In this document: one piece after another, positions 33,752-43,256 of the stretch
How the letters are laid out: each line of letters begins with the position of its first letter
How positions within the stretch are numbered: position 1 is the stretch's first letter
Assembly (NCBI GenBank): GCA_048320885.1
Contig: JBLWFJ010000001.1
Location: 5,953,697-6,017,696, forward strand
Origin: Nannocystaceae bacterium ST9
Lineage (GTDB): Bacteria > Myxococcota_A > Polyangia > Nannocystales > Nannocystaceae
Direction of reading: 5' to 3'
DNA length: 64,000 nt
Translations under genes and position numbers: made by a program
Notes under the pieces: generated by a model
Told to the model about the DNA's origin: nothing
The model's database searches: none
Seen by the model: only the letters and a program-made list of their open reading frames with translations

Positions 33752-34876
33752 TCACAGCCCGCAGGCGGTGAGCTCGAGCCCGCAGTTGTCCGCGATGCAT
33801 TGCTCGTCGACGCACATGTTGTCGGCGATGCAGCCCGCGAGCGCGCCGAACAGCACCTGGCCCATGAAGCTTGCCTCGGTCGCGCAGACGTACTCGCACA
33901 GCTCGGCGCCTGCGCAGCCCTCGACGCAGCCGACCACGTCGACGCAGTCGAGGTCGCCCGAGAAGCACGCGCCCCACTCGTCGGCGCAGGCCTGCTCGGT
34001 GCAGTCGAGATCGCCGCAGGCTTGCTCGACGGCGCAGTCGATCAGCGGCGGGACCTCGGCTTGCGCGGCCGGGCTGGCCGAGACCTGGCAGCCGTCGACG
34101 CAGACCGGATCGTCGCCGCATTGCAGCACGCAGTCGGCGACCAGTGGACAAGGCAGGAAGTCGCTCATGCCTCCGGCGCAGGTCTGCAGCTCGGCGCCGC
34201 AGTTCTCGGCGATGCACGGATCGTCCATGCATTGGTTGGCTTCGATGCAGTCTTGCAGAGCCTGGCCCTGACTCTGCGCGAGCGCGGTCGCGTCGTAGAA
34301 GCAGCTGACTTGGCAGTCGTCGGCGCCCATGCACGTGTCGGCGCAGGCCAGCAGCTCGCCGCAGGTCAGCGCGCCGGTGAAGCAGGCGTAGATCTCGGCC
34401 CCGCAGTTGGCGTCGATGCAGGCGTCGTCTTGGCAGGCGTTGTCGACGATGCACTGGACGACCGCGTCGTACTCGTCGATGGCCAGCATGCTCGACGCGT
34501 CGAGGCAGGTCTGCTCGCAGCTCGGCTCGTCGTCGGGGCACAGGTTCATGCAGGCCAGCAAGGTCCCGCACGCGTTGCCCGGGTCGGGCCCGCCGGTGGT
34601 CTCGCTGGTGTCGGTCGACTCGCTGGTCTCGCTGGTGTCGCTGCTCGACTCGCTGGTCTCGCTGGTGTCGCTGCTGCTCGACGATTCGCTCTCGCCCGAC
34701 TCGCTCGTGCTCGTGGTCGTCGTGTCGCTCGCGGTCTCGGTCGCGGTCTCGCCGACCTCGTCGTCGCCCGCCGAGTCGCCGCGACAGCCGAGCGACGACA
34801 CCAGCAGCGAAACCAGCAGCGAAACCGGCAGCGAAACCACCAAAGGAGCGATCTGCGAACTCGGGGGGCGAGCCAT
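33752..34876 (-). CDS. Lipoprotein made of Myxococcus-type cysteine-rich repeats.
   Basis: Lipobox SSLGCRGD. (TSETSESS)n linker encoded by tandem DNA repeats (about 34560-34740). At least six repeats of a module of about 37 aa of the form C..C.D..C....CGAE...C (for example DACIDANCGAEIYAC, DPCIAENCGAELQTC, EQCIADNCGLELTAC). Confidence 0.6.
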   Translation of the reverse strand: MARPPSSQIAPLVVSLPVSLLVSLLVSSLGCRGDSAGDDEVGETATETASDTTTTSTSESGESESSSSSDTSETSESSSDTSETSESTDTSETTGGPDPGNACGTLLACMNLCPDDEPSCEQTCLDASSMLAIDEYDAVVQCIVDNACQDDACIDANCGAEIYACFTGALTCGELLACADTCMGADDCQVSCFYDATALAQSQGQALQDCIEANQCMDDPCIAENCGAELQTCAGGMSDFLPCPLVADCVLQCGDDPVCVDGCQVSASPAAQAEVPPLIDCAVEQACGDLDCTEQACADEWGACFSGDLDCVDVVGCVEGCAGAELCEYVCATEASFMGQVLFGALAGCIADNMCVDEQCIADNCGLELTACGL

Positions 34877-35044
34877 CGGTCGATGCTACCGCCGCGTGCG
34901 CCCGGGCGTCAGCCGATCGTCGGCGCTCCGATTCGTCGCGCGAGGGTGTCGAGGGGCGGCGCTCGATGCCCGCTCTGCCCACGAATTCGCGCGGCCACGG
35001 GCCAATTGCCGGCGACGGCCCGGACCTCGGGTCAGGCTCGCGCC

Positions 35045-35686
35045 ATGATGAGCCGCTGGATCAGCCTGACCCTCGCCGCCGCCGTCGTCGCTGGCCTCGC
35101 GGTCGTGGTACCGACCGCGTACGCACGCAAGACGATCGAGACCCCGAGCTACACGGTCGAGTCCGAGCAAGCCGGGTTCGAGGTGCGTCGCTACGCGCCG
35201 CGGATCGTCGCCGAGGTCGTGGTCGAGGGCGACGCCGACCAGGCGACCAACGCGGGCTTTCGGATCCTCGCCGACTTCATCTTCGGCAACAACCGGGCGA
35301 AGACCGAGATCGCGATGACGGCTCCGGTCGATCGCAGCGCCGAGCCGATCGCGATGACGGCCCCGGTCGATCGCAGCGCCGAGGGCGACGCGTGGGTGGT
35401 CGCGTTCACGATGCCCTCGAAGTACACGCTCGACACCCTGCCCGAGCCCAACGACGCGCGCGTGAAGATTCGTCAGCTCCCGAGCAAGACCTACGCGGTG
35501 TTGCGCTTCTCCGGGGCGCCGAGCGAGCGCAAGGTCCAGCGCAAGATCGACGAGTTCGTGCAGACCATCGAGGCGGCCGGGCTGGCCCGCAGCGGCGCCG
35601 CGCCGACCTACGCCCGCTACGATCCGCCGTGGACGCTCGGCTTTCTGCGCCGCAACGAGATCTTCGTCGAGCTCGCGCTCGACTGA
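35045..35686 (+). CDS. SOUL/HBP-family heme-binding protein with a signal peptide.
   Basis: ATG at 35045. Signal peptide. SOUL-like pattern ETPSYTVE...YE.RRYAP...A...GF..LA.FIFG.N...IAMTAPV...FTMP....P.P.D..V.I......YAVLRFSG......YARYDPPWT..FLRRNE. Contains an in-frame 39-bp tandem duplication. Confidence 0.7.
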   Translation: MMSRWISLTLAAAVVAGLAVVVPTAYARKTIETPSYTVESEQAGFEVRRYAPRIVAEVVVEGDADQATNAGFRILADFIFGNNRAKTEIAMTAPVDRSAEPIAMTAPVDRSAEGDAWVVAFTMPSKYTLDTLPEPNDARVKIRQLPSKTYAVLRFSGAPSERKVQRKIDEFVQTIEAAGLARSGAAPTYARYDPPWTLGFLRRNEIFVELALD

Positions 35687-35693
35687 CCCGCGC

Positions 35694-36191
35694 TCACGCA
35701 GGCCACGACCACGAGCAGAGCTGGCCGGGCCCCGACGAACACTTGACCCGGACCGAGCTGACTCGATCGCTGCGGAGCTGATCGCCCGCACCGATCAGCA
35801 GCTCGCCGAAGTGCCGGGCCAGCTCCTCGAGCGTGACGTTGCGGATCGGCAAGATGGTCACGTCGCGGGCCAGGAAGCGCAGGGTCTCGCCCGCGAAGCG
35901 AGCGACGATGTCGCCGGCCTCGTCGCGCTCGATCTTCAGGTGGGGCGACTCGCCGGGCAGCATGAAGGTCTCGTTCCAGCGCTGGCAGGACTGGATGATC
36001 AATCGCTTGTATCGCCCGTAGTCGGCGAGCATGCCGTTGTCGTCGACCTCGCCGGTCAGCGAGACTTGGACCGTGAAGTTGTGGCCATGCAGGTTCTCGC
36101 GCTGATCGGCCGAGAAGATCGTGAAGTGCCCGGCCGAGAACTTCATCTCTTCCTTGAACAGGTCGATCGTGGTTCGCTGTTGGTTGGGCAT
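35694..36191 (-). CDS. 6-pyruvoyl-tetrahydropterin synthase / QueD-family protein.
   Basis: ATG at 36189-36191. MKFSAGHF...NLHGHNF is the zinc-binding H..HGH-type motif. Length 165 aa. Confidence 0.7.
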   Translation of the reverse strand: MPNQQRTTIDLFKEEMKFSAGHFTIFSADQRENLHGHNFTVQVSLTGEVDDNGMLADYGRYKRLIIQSCQRWNETFMLPGESPHLKIERDEAGDIVARFAGETLRFLARDVTILPIRNVTLEELARHFGELLIGAGDQLRSDRVSSVRVKCSSGPGQLCSWSWPA

Positions 36192-36220
36192 GGTGTCTCG
36201 CCGAGGTGAAGTCGCGCGGA

Positions 36221-36979
36221 TCAGGTCACGCGGGCAGAGAGGCCGCCGTCGATCGCATGCACGCCGCCGGTGCAGAACCCGGCCTCGGCCGAGGCCAGGA
36301 ACGCGACCAACGCGGCGACCTCTTCGGGTCGACCGAAGCGGCCGATCGGGACGCCGCGCAGGACCTCGCGGCGGCGCTCGTCGTCGAAGAAGCCCTCGTC
36401 GCCGGTCATCGCGGTCGCGATGAAGCCGGGGCAGACCGCGTTGCAGGTGATCCCGCTCGCCGCCCACTCGACCGCGAGCGAGCGGGTGTAGCCGATCAGC
36501 GCGTGCTTGGACGCGGCGTAGGTCGACGAGCCGGCCCCGCCGAACGAGCCGAGCACCGAGGCGATGTTGATGATCCGGCCGCCGCCGCGGGCCGCCATGC
36601 TGGGCAGCAGGGTCTCGCAGAGCAGCCGCGCGCCGACCAGGTTGGTGTCGAACACCCGGTTCCACTCGTCGTCGTCGACTTCGTCGGCGCGGTGAAAGGG
36701 CCCGCCCCAGCCGGCGCAGTGAACCAGCACGTCGATCGGCCCGAGCTCGCGCTCGACCGCCGCGATTGCGGCGCGCACGTCCTCGCGCCGACCGACGTCG
36801 CCGGGGCAAGCCAGGGCAGCTCGGCCCTGCGCGAGCAACTCGGCGGCGACGCGCGCGAGGCCCTCGGGGCGGCGAGCGATCAACCCGACCGCGAAGCCAT
36901 CGGCGGCGAGTCGCTTGGCGATCGCCTCGCCGATCCCCTGGCTCGCACCCGTCACCAACGCCGCGCTCGTCTCGCTCAC
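36221..36979 (-). CDS. Short-chain dehydrogenase/reductase (SDR).
   Basis: TGASQGIG (TGxxxGxG), NAG-like CAGWGG, SxnYxxxK (STYAASK), PG motif. Start assigned to GTG at 36979 (V29 of the ORF). The ORF-track start at 37063 is a TTG. Confidence 0.68.
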   Translation of the reverse strand: MSETSAALVTGASQGIGEAIAKRLAADGFAVGLIARRPEGLARVAAELLAQGRAALACPGDVGRREDVRAAIAAVERELGPIDVLVHCAGWGGPFHRADEVDDDEWNRVFDTNLVGARLLCETLLPSMAARGGGRIINIASVLGSFGGAGSSTYAASKHALIGYTRSLAVEWAASGITCNAVCPGFIATAMTGDEGFFDDERRREVLRGVPIGRFGRPEEVAALVAFLASAEAGFCTGGVHAIDGGLSARVT

Positions 36980-37095
36980 CTTCGAAGGGTCGGCTCCACG
37001 CGAGTTCGCTGCAAGCGTGGAGTGGAGCGAGGGCGTGAGCTCACGCGTCGACCTCGATCGCAATTTCGCTCCGCGGGGCGAGACGTAATTTCGCG

Positions 37096-37758
37096 TCAGC
37101 AGGTCGGGTCACGCTCGAGCAGCCCGGCCTCGACCACCATGCGAGTGAGCAGCGAACGCGAGCGAATCTCGAGCTTGGCATAGATTCGATCGAGGTGGCT
37201 CTCGACGCTGCGCACACGCAAATCGAGTTGCTCGGCGATCTCGCGGTTGCCGAGCCCGCGGCCGACCAGCCGAGCGATCTGGAGCTGGCGGGCCGTCAGG
37301 TGCTCGCGCAACCACGCCGCCGATCGGGCCTGGTGGTCGGGGTCGGGCGCGAACTGGCGAGGGCCGAATCGGAGCTCGACCTGGGGGCCGAGCTGAATGC
37401 GATCGCCCGGACGCAAGATTGTCACATCCACGCGAACGCCATTGACCGCGGTGCCGTTGCGCGAGCGCAGGTCGATCAAATTGACGATTCCCTGCGGGAG
37501 CCGGACCAGGCGAGCGTGCGCGCGCGAGATCCCGGCGTCGCGAATGCGTAGATCGGCTTCGTTGCCCCGCCCGACGACGTGCTCTGGCCGGCACACCGAG
37601 AACACGTCGCCGCACTGCGTACCGCGAACGACCTCGAGCACCAACTGTGTCGCCCCCGACGATCCGGGCGGCGACCAAGGTTGGGATGTCGTGCTGTCTT
37701 CGTCGCCCACGAGTTCGGCTCGGCTCGGGAGTTGACTGGATCGCTGGAGCGCGACCAT
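37096..37758 (-). CDS. FHA-domain plus LuxR-type HTH transcriptional regulator.
   Basis: FHA: VGRGNEADLRIRDAGISRAHARLV...NGTAVNG. C-terminal GerE/LuxR HTH LTARQLQIARLVGRGLGNREIAEQLDLRVRSVESHLDRIYAKL. ATG at 37756-37758 overlaps the divergent kinase ATG by 2 nt, so one of the two starts is probably different. Confidence 0.7.
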   Translation of the reverse strand: MVALQRSSQLPSRAELVGDEDSTTSQPWSPPGSSGATQLVLEVVRGTQCGDVFSVCRPEHVVGRGNEADLRIRDAGISRAHARLVRLPQGIVNLIDLRSRNGTAVNGVRVDVTILRPGDRIQLGPQVELRFGPRQFAPDPDHQARSAAWLREHLTARQLQIARLVGRGLGNREIAEQLDLRVRSVESHLDRIYAKLEIRSRSLLTRMVVEAGLLERDPTC

Positions 37759-40684
37759 GATAACGTCGATTGTGCGTCGCGGCCATGGCGACTCGTCCGA
37801 GCCCGCTTCGACCTCCGCCGGGCATTTCGAGCGGCCCAGCGAAGAGGGGCAGACGACCACGGCGGTCTCGAGTCACGCGGACGAGCGAGTCGAGCCGCCG
37901 GGCCCCCTGGAGGCCGGCCAGCGGGTCGGTCGCTATGTGATCTTGGCATTGCTGGGCACCGGCGGGATGGGCGTCGTGTACAGCGCGTATGATCCCGAAC
38001 TCGATCGCAAGCTGGCGATCAAGCTGCTTCGTTTCGACCGCGGCGAGGGCCGAACCAGGCGTCATCGTTTGTTGCGCGAGGCCCATGCGTTGGCTCAGCT
38101 CTCGCATTCCAACGTGATCGCGATTCATGACGTCGGCGTTCACGAGGGCCACGTGTGGTTGGCGATGGAATTCGTCGATGGTCGTACGTTGGGCGCCTGG
38201 CTCGGGGAGGCGCCGCGCAACTGGCGGGAGATCCTCGCGGTCGTCGTCGAGGTCGGGCGTGGGCTCGCGGCCGCGCACGCAATCGGATTGCTGCATCGTG
38301 ACATCAAGCCCGACAACGTGATGATTGGATTCGACGGCCGGGTTCGATTGATGGATTTCGGCCTCGCGCGCGCCGAAAATCATTTCGCCGATGGCGAGCC
38401 CGACGAACGACCGGCGGGCGTCGTTCGCCGGCCGCCGATCTTGACGCTGGAGCTGACCCAAGCGGGCACGGTGCTGGGAACCCCGGCCTACATGGCGCCC
38501 GAGCAGCTGCTCGGCCTGGCGATCGACGCTCGCGCCGATCAATTCAGCCTCTGCGTGGTGCTGTGGGAGGCGCTGCATGGCGAGCGACCCTATGTGCTGA
38601 GTCCACGCAACCAGCCGATTCCGCTGGTCCGGCGAACCACGCCGCGTCGGCGTGGCGTCCCTGCCTGGCTGCGGCGGGTCTGCCAGCGCGGGCTCGTGTT
38701 CGACGCGGACCAGCGCTGGCCGAGCGTCGCGGCCTTGCTCGACGCGCTCGAGCGCGGCCAAGCGAGAGTTCGACGGTGGGCCTGGTCGATCGCCGGGGCG
38801 AGCGTGGCCTCGGGGATCGCGGCGCTCTTCGGTGCGGGCGCGCTCGAGCGGGCTCGGGCGGTTCATGCCTGTGAAGTCCGCGGTGACGCGATCTTCGAGA
38901 AATGGAACGACGACGCGCGCGCCGAATTGCACGAATCGATGAATGCGCTGGCCATGCCGGACGCGGCCGCGACCGCCGATCGAACGATCGCCTGGCTCGA
39001 TCAATTCGCCGAGCACTGGCGCGAGGCCGAGGTCGAGGTCTGCCTCGACCACGGCGTGCGCGAGGTGTGGGACGCCGACTCGGCCGCGCGCGCACATGAT
39101 TGCCTGGCCGAGCGGTTGGTGGAATTCGACCTGCTGCTGACCGATCTGCGCGACGCCGATGTCCCGCGTGCGCATCGATCGATCCAGGCCGCCAGCGGGC
39201 TGCGGGTGGACTCGTGTCGCAACGCGTCGACCCTGCGCAGCTTGCCGCGTGCGCCGATGGACCTGCGGGTTCGAATTCCCTTGCTGCGTGCGCAGAGCGT
39301 CCGGGCCAGCGCGCTCGAACAGAGCGGCGATCTTCGCGGTGCGCTCGCGCTCGCGCGCACGACCCACGAGCAGGCCCAGACGCTCGGCTGGGATCCGCTG
39401 ACCGCCCGCGCCGGTGCTCGGCTCGGCAGGCTGCTCGCGCGCGACGGCGACTTCGAGGCGGCCGAGCGCACGCTCGAAGATTCGTATTTCCTCGCCGACC
39501 GCAGCGGGGCCTTCGACGTCCGGATCGAGATCGCCGGCGAGCTGGTCGAGCTGGTCGGCTTTCTGCTCGCGCGGCCCGAGGACGGCCTGCGCTGGAGTCG
39601 ACTGGCCGAGGCGGCGCTGGTCGGCTGGGGCAGCGACGAGCCGCTCGCGCGCGCGAGCATCCTCGCCGATCGCGGGTTGCTCGAATATCGCCGCAAGAAT
39701 TATCGCGCGACGATCGAACTCTACGAGGAATCGCTCGCGCTCGAAGAGTCGATCCTGGGTCCGAATCACCCGAAATTGTATGAATCGTTGAATCGCCTCG
39801 GCACCGCCCACGACGCGCTCGGCGACTCGGATCGGGCGGTCGAGCTCTACCGACGCGCGCTCGCGTTGGCGCGCGCGACCCTGGGGCCCAGCCATCCCGA
39901 CATCGCCGCCGTGTTGACCAACCTCGGGATCGTGCATTGCTGGAAAGCCGAATACGAGCAGGGCAAGCAGATGCTCGAGCAGGCGCTGGCGATCCGGCGA
40001 GCCGCGCTCGGACCGGATCACCCCTTGGTCGCGGACTCGCTGAACAACCTCGCGTTTGTCCTGCGCCGGCTCGATCAAAACGAGGCCGCGCTCGCGGCCT
40101 CGAGCGAGTCGCTGGCGATCCGCGAGCGGAGCTTCGGCCCCGACCACCCCGACGTCGTGCAGGGCCTGCTTGGGCTGGCGCTGTTGCTCGAGGACGCCGG
40201 GCAGCCCGAGCGAGCGCGAGCGCTGCATGCCGAGGCGCTCGCGCGCGCCGAGAGCTCGCTCGGGCCGGCGCACCTCGAGGTGCTGAGGTGCCTCGCCGGC
40301 CTGGCACGGACCAGCGCGGCGCTGGGGCGGGACGAGGAGGCCCATGCGCTGCTCGAGCGCGCCGCTCGACTGGTGAGCACGCTGGCGCCGATCGACGACG
40401 CGGATCTGCTCACGACCCTGCTCGGTCTCGCCGAGCTGACCACCGCCTACGAGCTGCACGACGCGGGCGAAGTGATCGCCGGCGAGGCGCTCGCGCTGGC
40501 CGAGCGCGCGGACCTCTCGTTGGCCACGCCTGCGCGCTGGTACCTCGGGCGGGCGCTGCTGGTGCGCGAGCCTCAGCGAGCCCGCGCGCTGATCGAGCAG
40601 GCGCGAGCCGAGTGCGTCGGGCTCGGCGACGAGTGTGTCGCGCTGCTGGGCGAGATCGACGAGTGGTCGGCGGGAGTCGGCTGA
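37757..40684 (+). CDS. Serine/threonine protein kinase with an extensive TPR C-terminal domain.
   Basis: GTGGMGVVY, LAIK, HRDIKPDNVM, DFG, GTPAYMAPE. Multiple TPR_12-like repeats in the C-terminal part. Paralogous to the kinase at 29375. Confidence 0.82.
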   Translation: MITSIVRRGHGDSSEPASTSAGHFERPSEEGQTTTAVSSHADERVEPPGPLEAGQRVGRYVILALLGTGGMGVVYSAYDPELDRKLAIKLLRFDRGEGRTRRHRLLREAHALAQLSHSNVIAIHDVGVHEGHVWLAMEFVDGRTLGAWLGEAPRNWREILAVVVEVGRGLAAAHAIGLLHRDIKPDNVMIGFDGRVRLMDFGLARAENHFADGEPDERPAGVVRRPPILTLELTQAGTVLGTPAYMAPEQLLGLAIDARADQFSLCVVLWEALHGERPYVLSPRNQPIPLVRRTTPRRRGVPAWLRRVCQRGLVFDADQRWPSVAALLDALERGQARVRRWAWSIAGASVASGIAALFGAGALERARAVHACEVRGDAIFEKWNDDARAELHESMNALAMPDAAATADRTIAWLDQFAEHWREAEVEVCLDHGVREVWDADSAARAHDCLAERLVEFDLLLTDLRDADVPRAHRSIQAASGLRVDSCRNASTLRSLPRAPMDLRVRIPLLRAQSVRASALEQSGDLRGALALARTTHEQAQTLGWDPLTARAGARLGRLLARDGDFEAAERTLEDSYFLADRSGAFDVRIEIAGELVELVGFLLARPEDGLRWSRLAEAALVGWGSDEPLARASILADRGLLEYRRKNYRATIELYEESLALEESILGPNHPKLYESLNRLGTAHDALGDSDRAVELYRRALALARATLGPSHPDIAAVLTNLGIVHCWKAEYEQGKQMLEQALAIRRAALGPDHPLVADSLNNLAFVLRRLDQNEAALAASSESLAIRERSFGPDHPDVVQGLLGLALLLEDAGQPERARALHAEALARAESSLGPAHLEVLRCLAGLARTSAALGRDEEAHALLERAARLVSTLAPIDDADLLTTLLGLAELTTAYELHDAGEVIAGEALALAERADLSLATPARWYLGRALLVREPQRARALIEQARAECVGLGDECVALLGEIDEWSAGVG

Positions 40685-40690
40685 GTCGCT

Positions 40691-41677
40691 TCAGTCCAAC
40701 CACCCGCGCCCGCGAAACCACTCGATCGTGTCGGGCAGCGACTCCCGCATGGTCCGCGGGTGAAAGTCGAGCTCGGCCGCCGCCTTGTCGTGCAGGACCA
40801 CGCGATTGAACACGGCCGCCCGCAGTACGCCGGCCGTGAACACCGGCGGCTTGCCGGTCAGCGCCCCGATCGCGAGCGAGAAGGGCAGGGCAGCCCAGCC
40901 GACCCAGAGCGGCAAGCTGCGCTTGGGCATCGCGCGGCCGGTGACATCTTGCAGGATCGCGGTCAACTCGAGCATGTCGAGCACCTGCCCGGAGAGCAGG
41001 TAGCGCTCGCCTTTGCGGCCCTTGGCCATCGCGGTGATCATCGCATCGACGACGTCGCGGGTGTCGGCGTAATCGCAGACCACGTCGAGCAGGATCGGGA
41101 TCTTGCCGCGGTAGAGATCGATCAGCGCGCCACCGAAGAGCGAGGGTGCGAAGTCGAAGGGCCCGGTCAGGGTCGCCGGGCTGCACACGACCGCGTCGAG
41201 TCCGGCGGCCACCGCCTCGTGCACGCGCAGCTCGGCGTGGGCCTTGGCCCGGTGATAGGGGCACTTCTCGTCGAGCGCGAGCGGGCGCAGCTCGTCGAGC
41301 GGCTGCTCGAGCGGCCAGCGCTGCAGGGCCGCGTGCGAGCTGCAATGGACCATGCGCACGCTCGCGGCCTGGCAGGCCGCGACCACGTTGGTCGTGCCCT
41401 CGACGTTGACCGACCAGACTCGGCCCTGGCGATCGCTGCCGAGATCGATCAGCGCGGCGAGGTGGAACACCCCGTCGGCGCCCTCGACCAGGCCGTCGAG
41501 CGAGCGACGATCGAGCACCGAGCCTTCGATTCGCTCGATGTCGAGGCCGGCGAGCGAGCCGGCTTGCGGATCGCCGGGCATGACCAGCACGCGGACGCGG
41601 TCGCCTCGCGCGAGCAAGTGACGGACGAGGACGTTGCCGAGCCTGCCGCTCGCGCCCGTGATGCTGAACAGGGACAT
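40691..41677 (-). CDS. NAD-dependent epimerase/dehydratase family protein (extended SDR).
   Basis: ATG at 41675-41677. ITGASGRLG Rossmann motif. YxxxK catalytic motif CPYHRAK. Confidence 0.8.
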   Translation of the reverse strand: MSLFSITGASGRLGNVLVRHLLARGDRVRVLVMPGDPQAGSLAGLDIERIEGSVLDRRSLDGLVEGADGVFHLAALIDLGSDRQGRVWSVNVEGTTNVVAACQAASVRMVHCSSHAALQRWPLEQPLDELRPLALDEKCPYHRAKAHAELRVHEAVAAGLDAVVCSPATLTGPFDFAPSLFGGALIDLYRGKIPILLDVVCDYADTRDVVDAMITAMAKGRKGERYLLSGQVLDMLELTAILQDVTGRAMPKRSLPLWVGWAALPFSLAIGALTGKPPVFTAGVLRAAVFNRVVLHDKAAAELDFHPRTMRESLPDTIEWFRGRGWLD

Positions 41678-41858
41678 GTGCCGCGGATGCTAGCCCGATC
41701 ACCCGCCAGGTGGGCCCGCGCGGTGTACGACGCGGCTCGCAGGCCGCTGTCGTTCGCGAGCACGGCGACCGCGAGTTCCCCGGAGTCGGGACGCAAGACG
41801 CAGAAAAAAACGAAGCGGGTCGCGTCAGACTTTCGAAGCCGGCGGCCTAGGGAAGGGC

Positions 41859-42296
41859 ATGAAGACGACCATCAACCACCTCTCGGTGGGCAAGCTCCTG
41901 GCTGTTCTCGGCCTGTCGACGATCATGCTGCCCGCGAGTGCGGATGCGGCCAAGACCTTCTGCCAAGAGAAGGGCCACGGCGCCAACGGGTGCAGCACTC
42001 TGTTCGCCAACGGCGGCTATTGCTGGAAGAGCACCGACAGCACCACCGGCTACGTCTGCAGGGAGGACAGCCCCGAAGCAGAAATCGAGCCGGTCCAGTC
42101 GGTGAGTGATCCCGTCCTCCTCACCCCGGGCGGCGACTCGGGCGAGATCGAAGCCCTGGAGATCGTGATCTGCGGTCCCGACTGGGGCCCGGGGTGCTTC
42201 ACCTGGGCGATCCCCGAGGTGTGCTGCGATGAGTTGGGGCTGTCGCACGCCGAGCCGATGTCCGTCGGCGGCGCGACCATCACCTGCTACGACTGA
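41859..42296 (+). CDS. Small secreted cysteine-rich protein (8 Cys), unknown function.
   Basis: ATG at 41859 is preceded by GGGAAGGG. Signal peptide of about 30 aa ending ASADA. Locally AT-richer upstream region with an A7 tract. Confidence 0.5.
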   Translation: MKTTINHLSVGKLLAVLGLSTIMLPASADAAKTFCQEKGHGANGCSTLFANGGYCWKSTDSTTGYVCREDSPEAEIEPVQSVSDPVLLTPGGDSGEIEALEIVICGPDWGPGCFTWAIPEVCCDELGLSHAEPMSVGGATITCYD

Positions 42297-42425
42297 GGCT
42301 CGACTCTCGGTGAGCGGCGCGTCGACTCGCGCCGCTCTCTCGCGTCGTACTGCTGCAGGCCGGCGCCGTCGAGGTCGATCGGTGATCGAGCGCCGCGGCT
42401 GCGACCAGCTCGTCGTTCGAGATCG

Positions 42426-43256
42426 TCATGCGCCGTCCAGGTTGCCGTCGACGAGGCAGGACGGGAGGTAGCGCGAGCGCACGTGCACCGGCAGGCCGCG
42501 ATCGTGGGCCAGGGCGCACAGTCCGACGAAGCGCAGCGGGACCATCGCTTGGGCGTAGTGAGACGCGCCCTTGCGCTGATGGATCGCGCGATACCACGTG
42601 AGCCCCTCGACGAGGTGCTGTTGGATGTGATCGGCATTGCCGGCGACGATCGCCTGTGCGAGCCCGATGAGCGGCATGTCGATGCGGCGCGCGAGCTCGG
42701 GGAACAGCTTGGCCGACTGGGCCTCGCGTTGCGCCGTCGCGAGCAGCTCGCCGACGGCGGCATCGTTGCGGTGGAGCGCGACGAGGGCACGCACGAACAT
42801 GTCGTGGTGCGGGTCGTACTTGCCCTCGAAGTCTCCGGGATCGAAGCGGCTCAAGCTCTCGATGGCCGCGCGGTCGCGCAGGGCCATCGCTGCACCCATG
42901 GCCCTCAGCCATCGTGGTGCGCTGTTGTAGTAGTTCACGCCGCCTTGCACGTCGACGGTGGTGCCGGCGAGCGACAACGTGACCGTGACATCGGGCCCCA
43001 CCGAGCCGCGCTGGAACAATGCGACGCCGATCTCGGCGACGGAGCGCGCTGCCTCGACGACCTCGACCGCAGGTCGCTGCAGCGCGGCGGCGAATCCGAG
43101 CAGGTCCATCGCGAAGTCGAAGTCGGCGCCCAGGTTGGTCGTCACCTTGTGGATGTGGCTGGCGACCTGACCGACCAGCTTCTTCGTGAACTCGAACTCC
43201 CCTTGCGCATCGGGGAAATCCAGTTCGTGCGCGGGCACCTCGACGTCGTTGCTCAT
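42426..43256 (-). CDS. Hypothetical cytoplasmic protein of 276 aa.
   Basis: ATG at 43254-43256 overlaps the upstream stop (ATGA). Helical composition with no signal peptide. Confidence 0.4.
   Translation of the reverse strand: MSNDVEVPAHELDFPDAQGEFEFTKKLVGQVASHIHKVTTNLGADFDFAMDLLGFAAALQRPAVEVVEAARSVAEIGVALFQRGSVGPDVTVTLSLAGTTVDVQGGVNYYNSAPRWLRAMGAAMALRDRAAIESLSRFDPGDFEGKYDPHHDMFVRALVALHRNDAAVGELLATAQREAQSAKLFPELARRIDMPLIGLAQAIVAGNADHIQQHLVEGLTWYRAIHQRKGASHYAQAMVPLRFVGLCALAHDRGLPVHVRSRYLPSCLVDGNLDGA

Noticed and set aside
33401-35044. N-terminal 548 codons of ORF 33401..35686.
   Set aside because: Antisense to the Cys-rich repeat lipoprotein. The SOUL protein begins with its own signal peptide at ATG 35045.
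37109-40459. 1116-aa minus-strand ORF antisense to the second Ser/Thr kinase.
   Set aside because: Frame shadow with junk composition.
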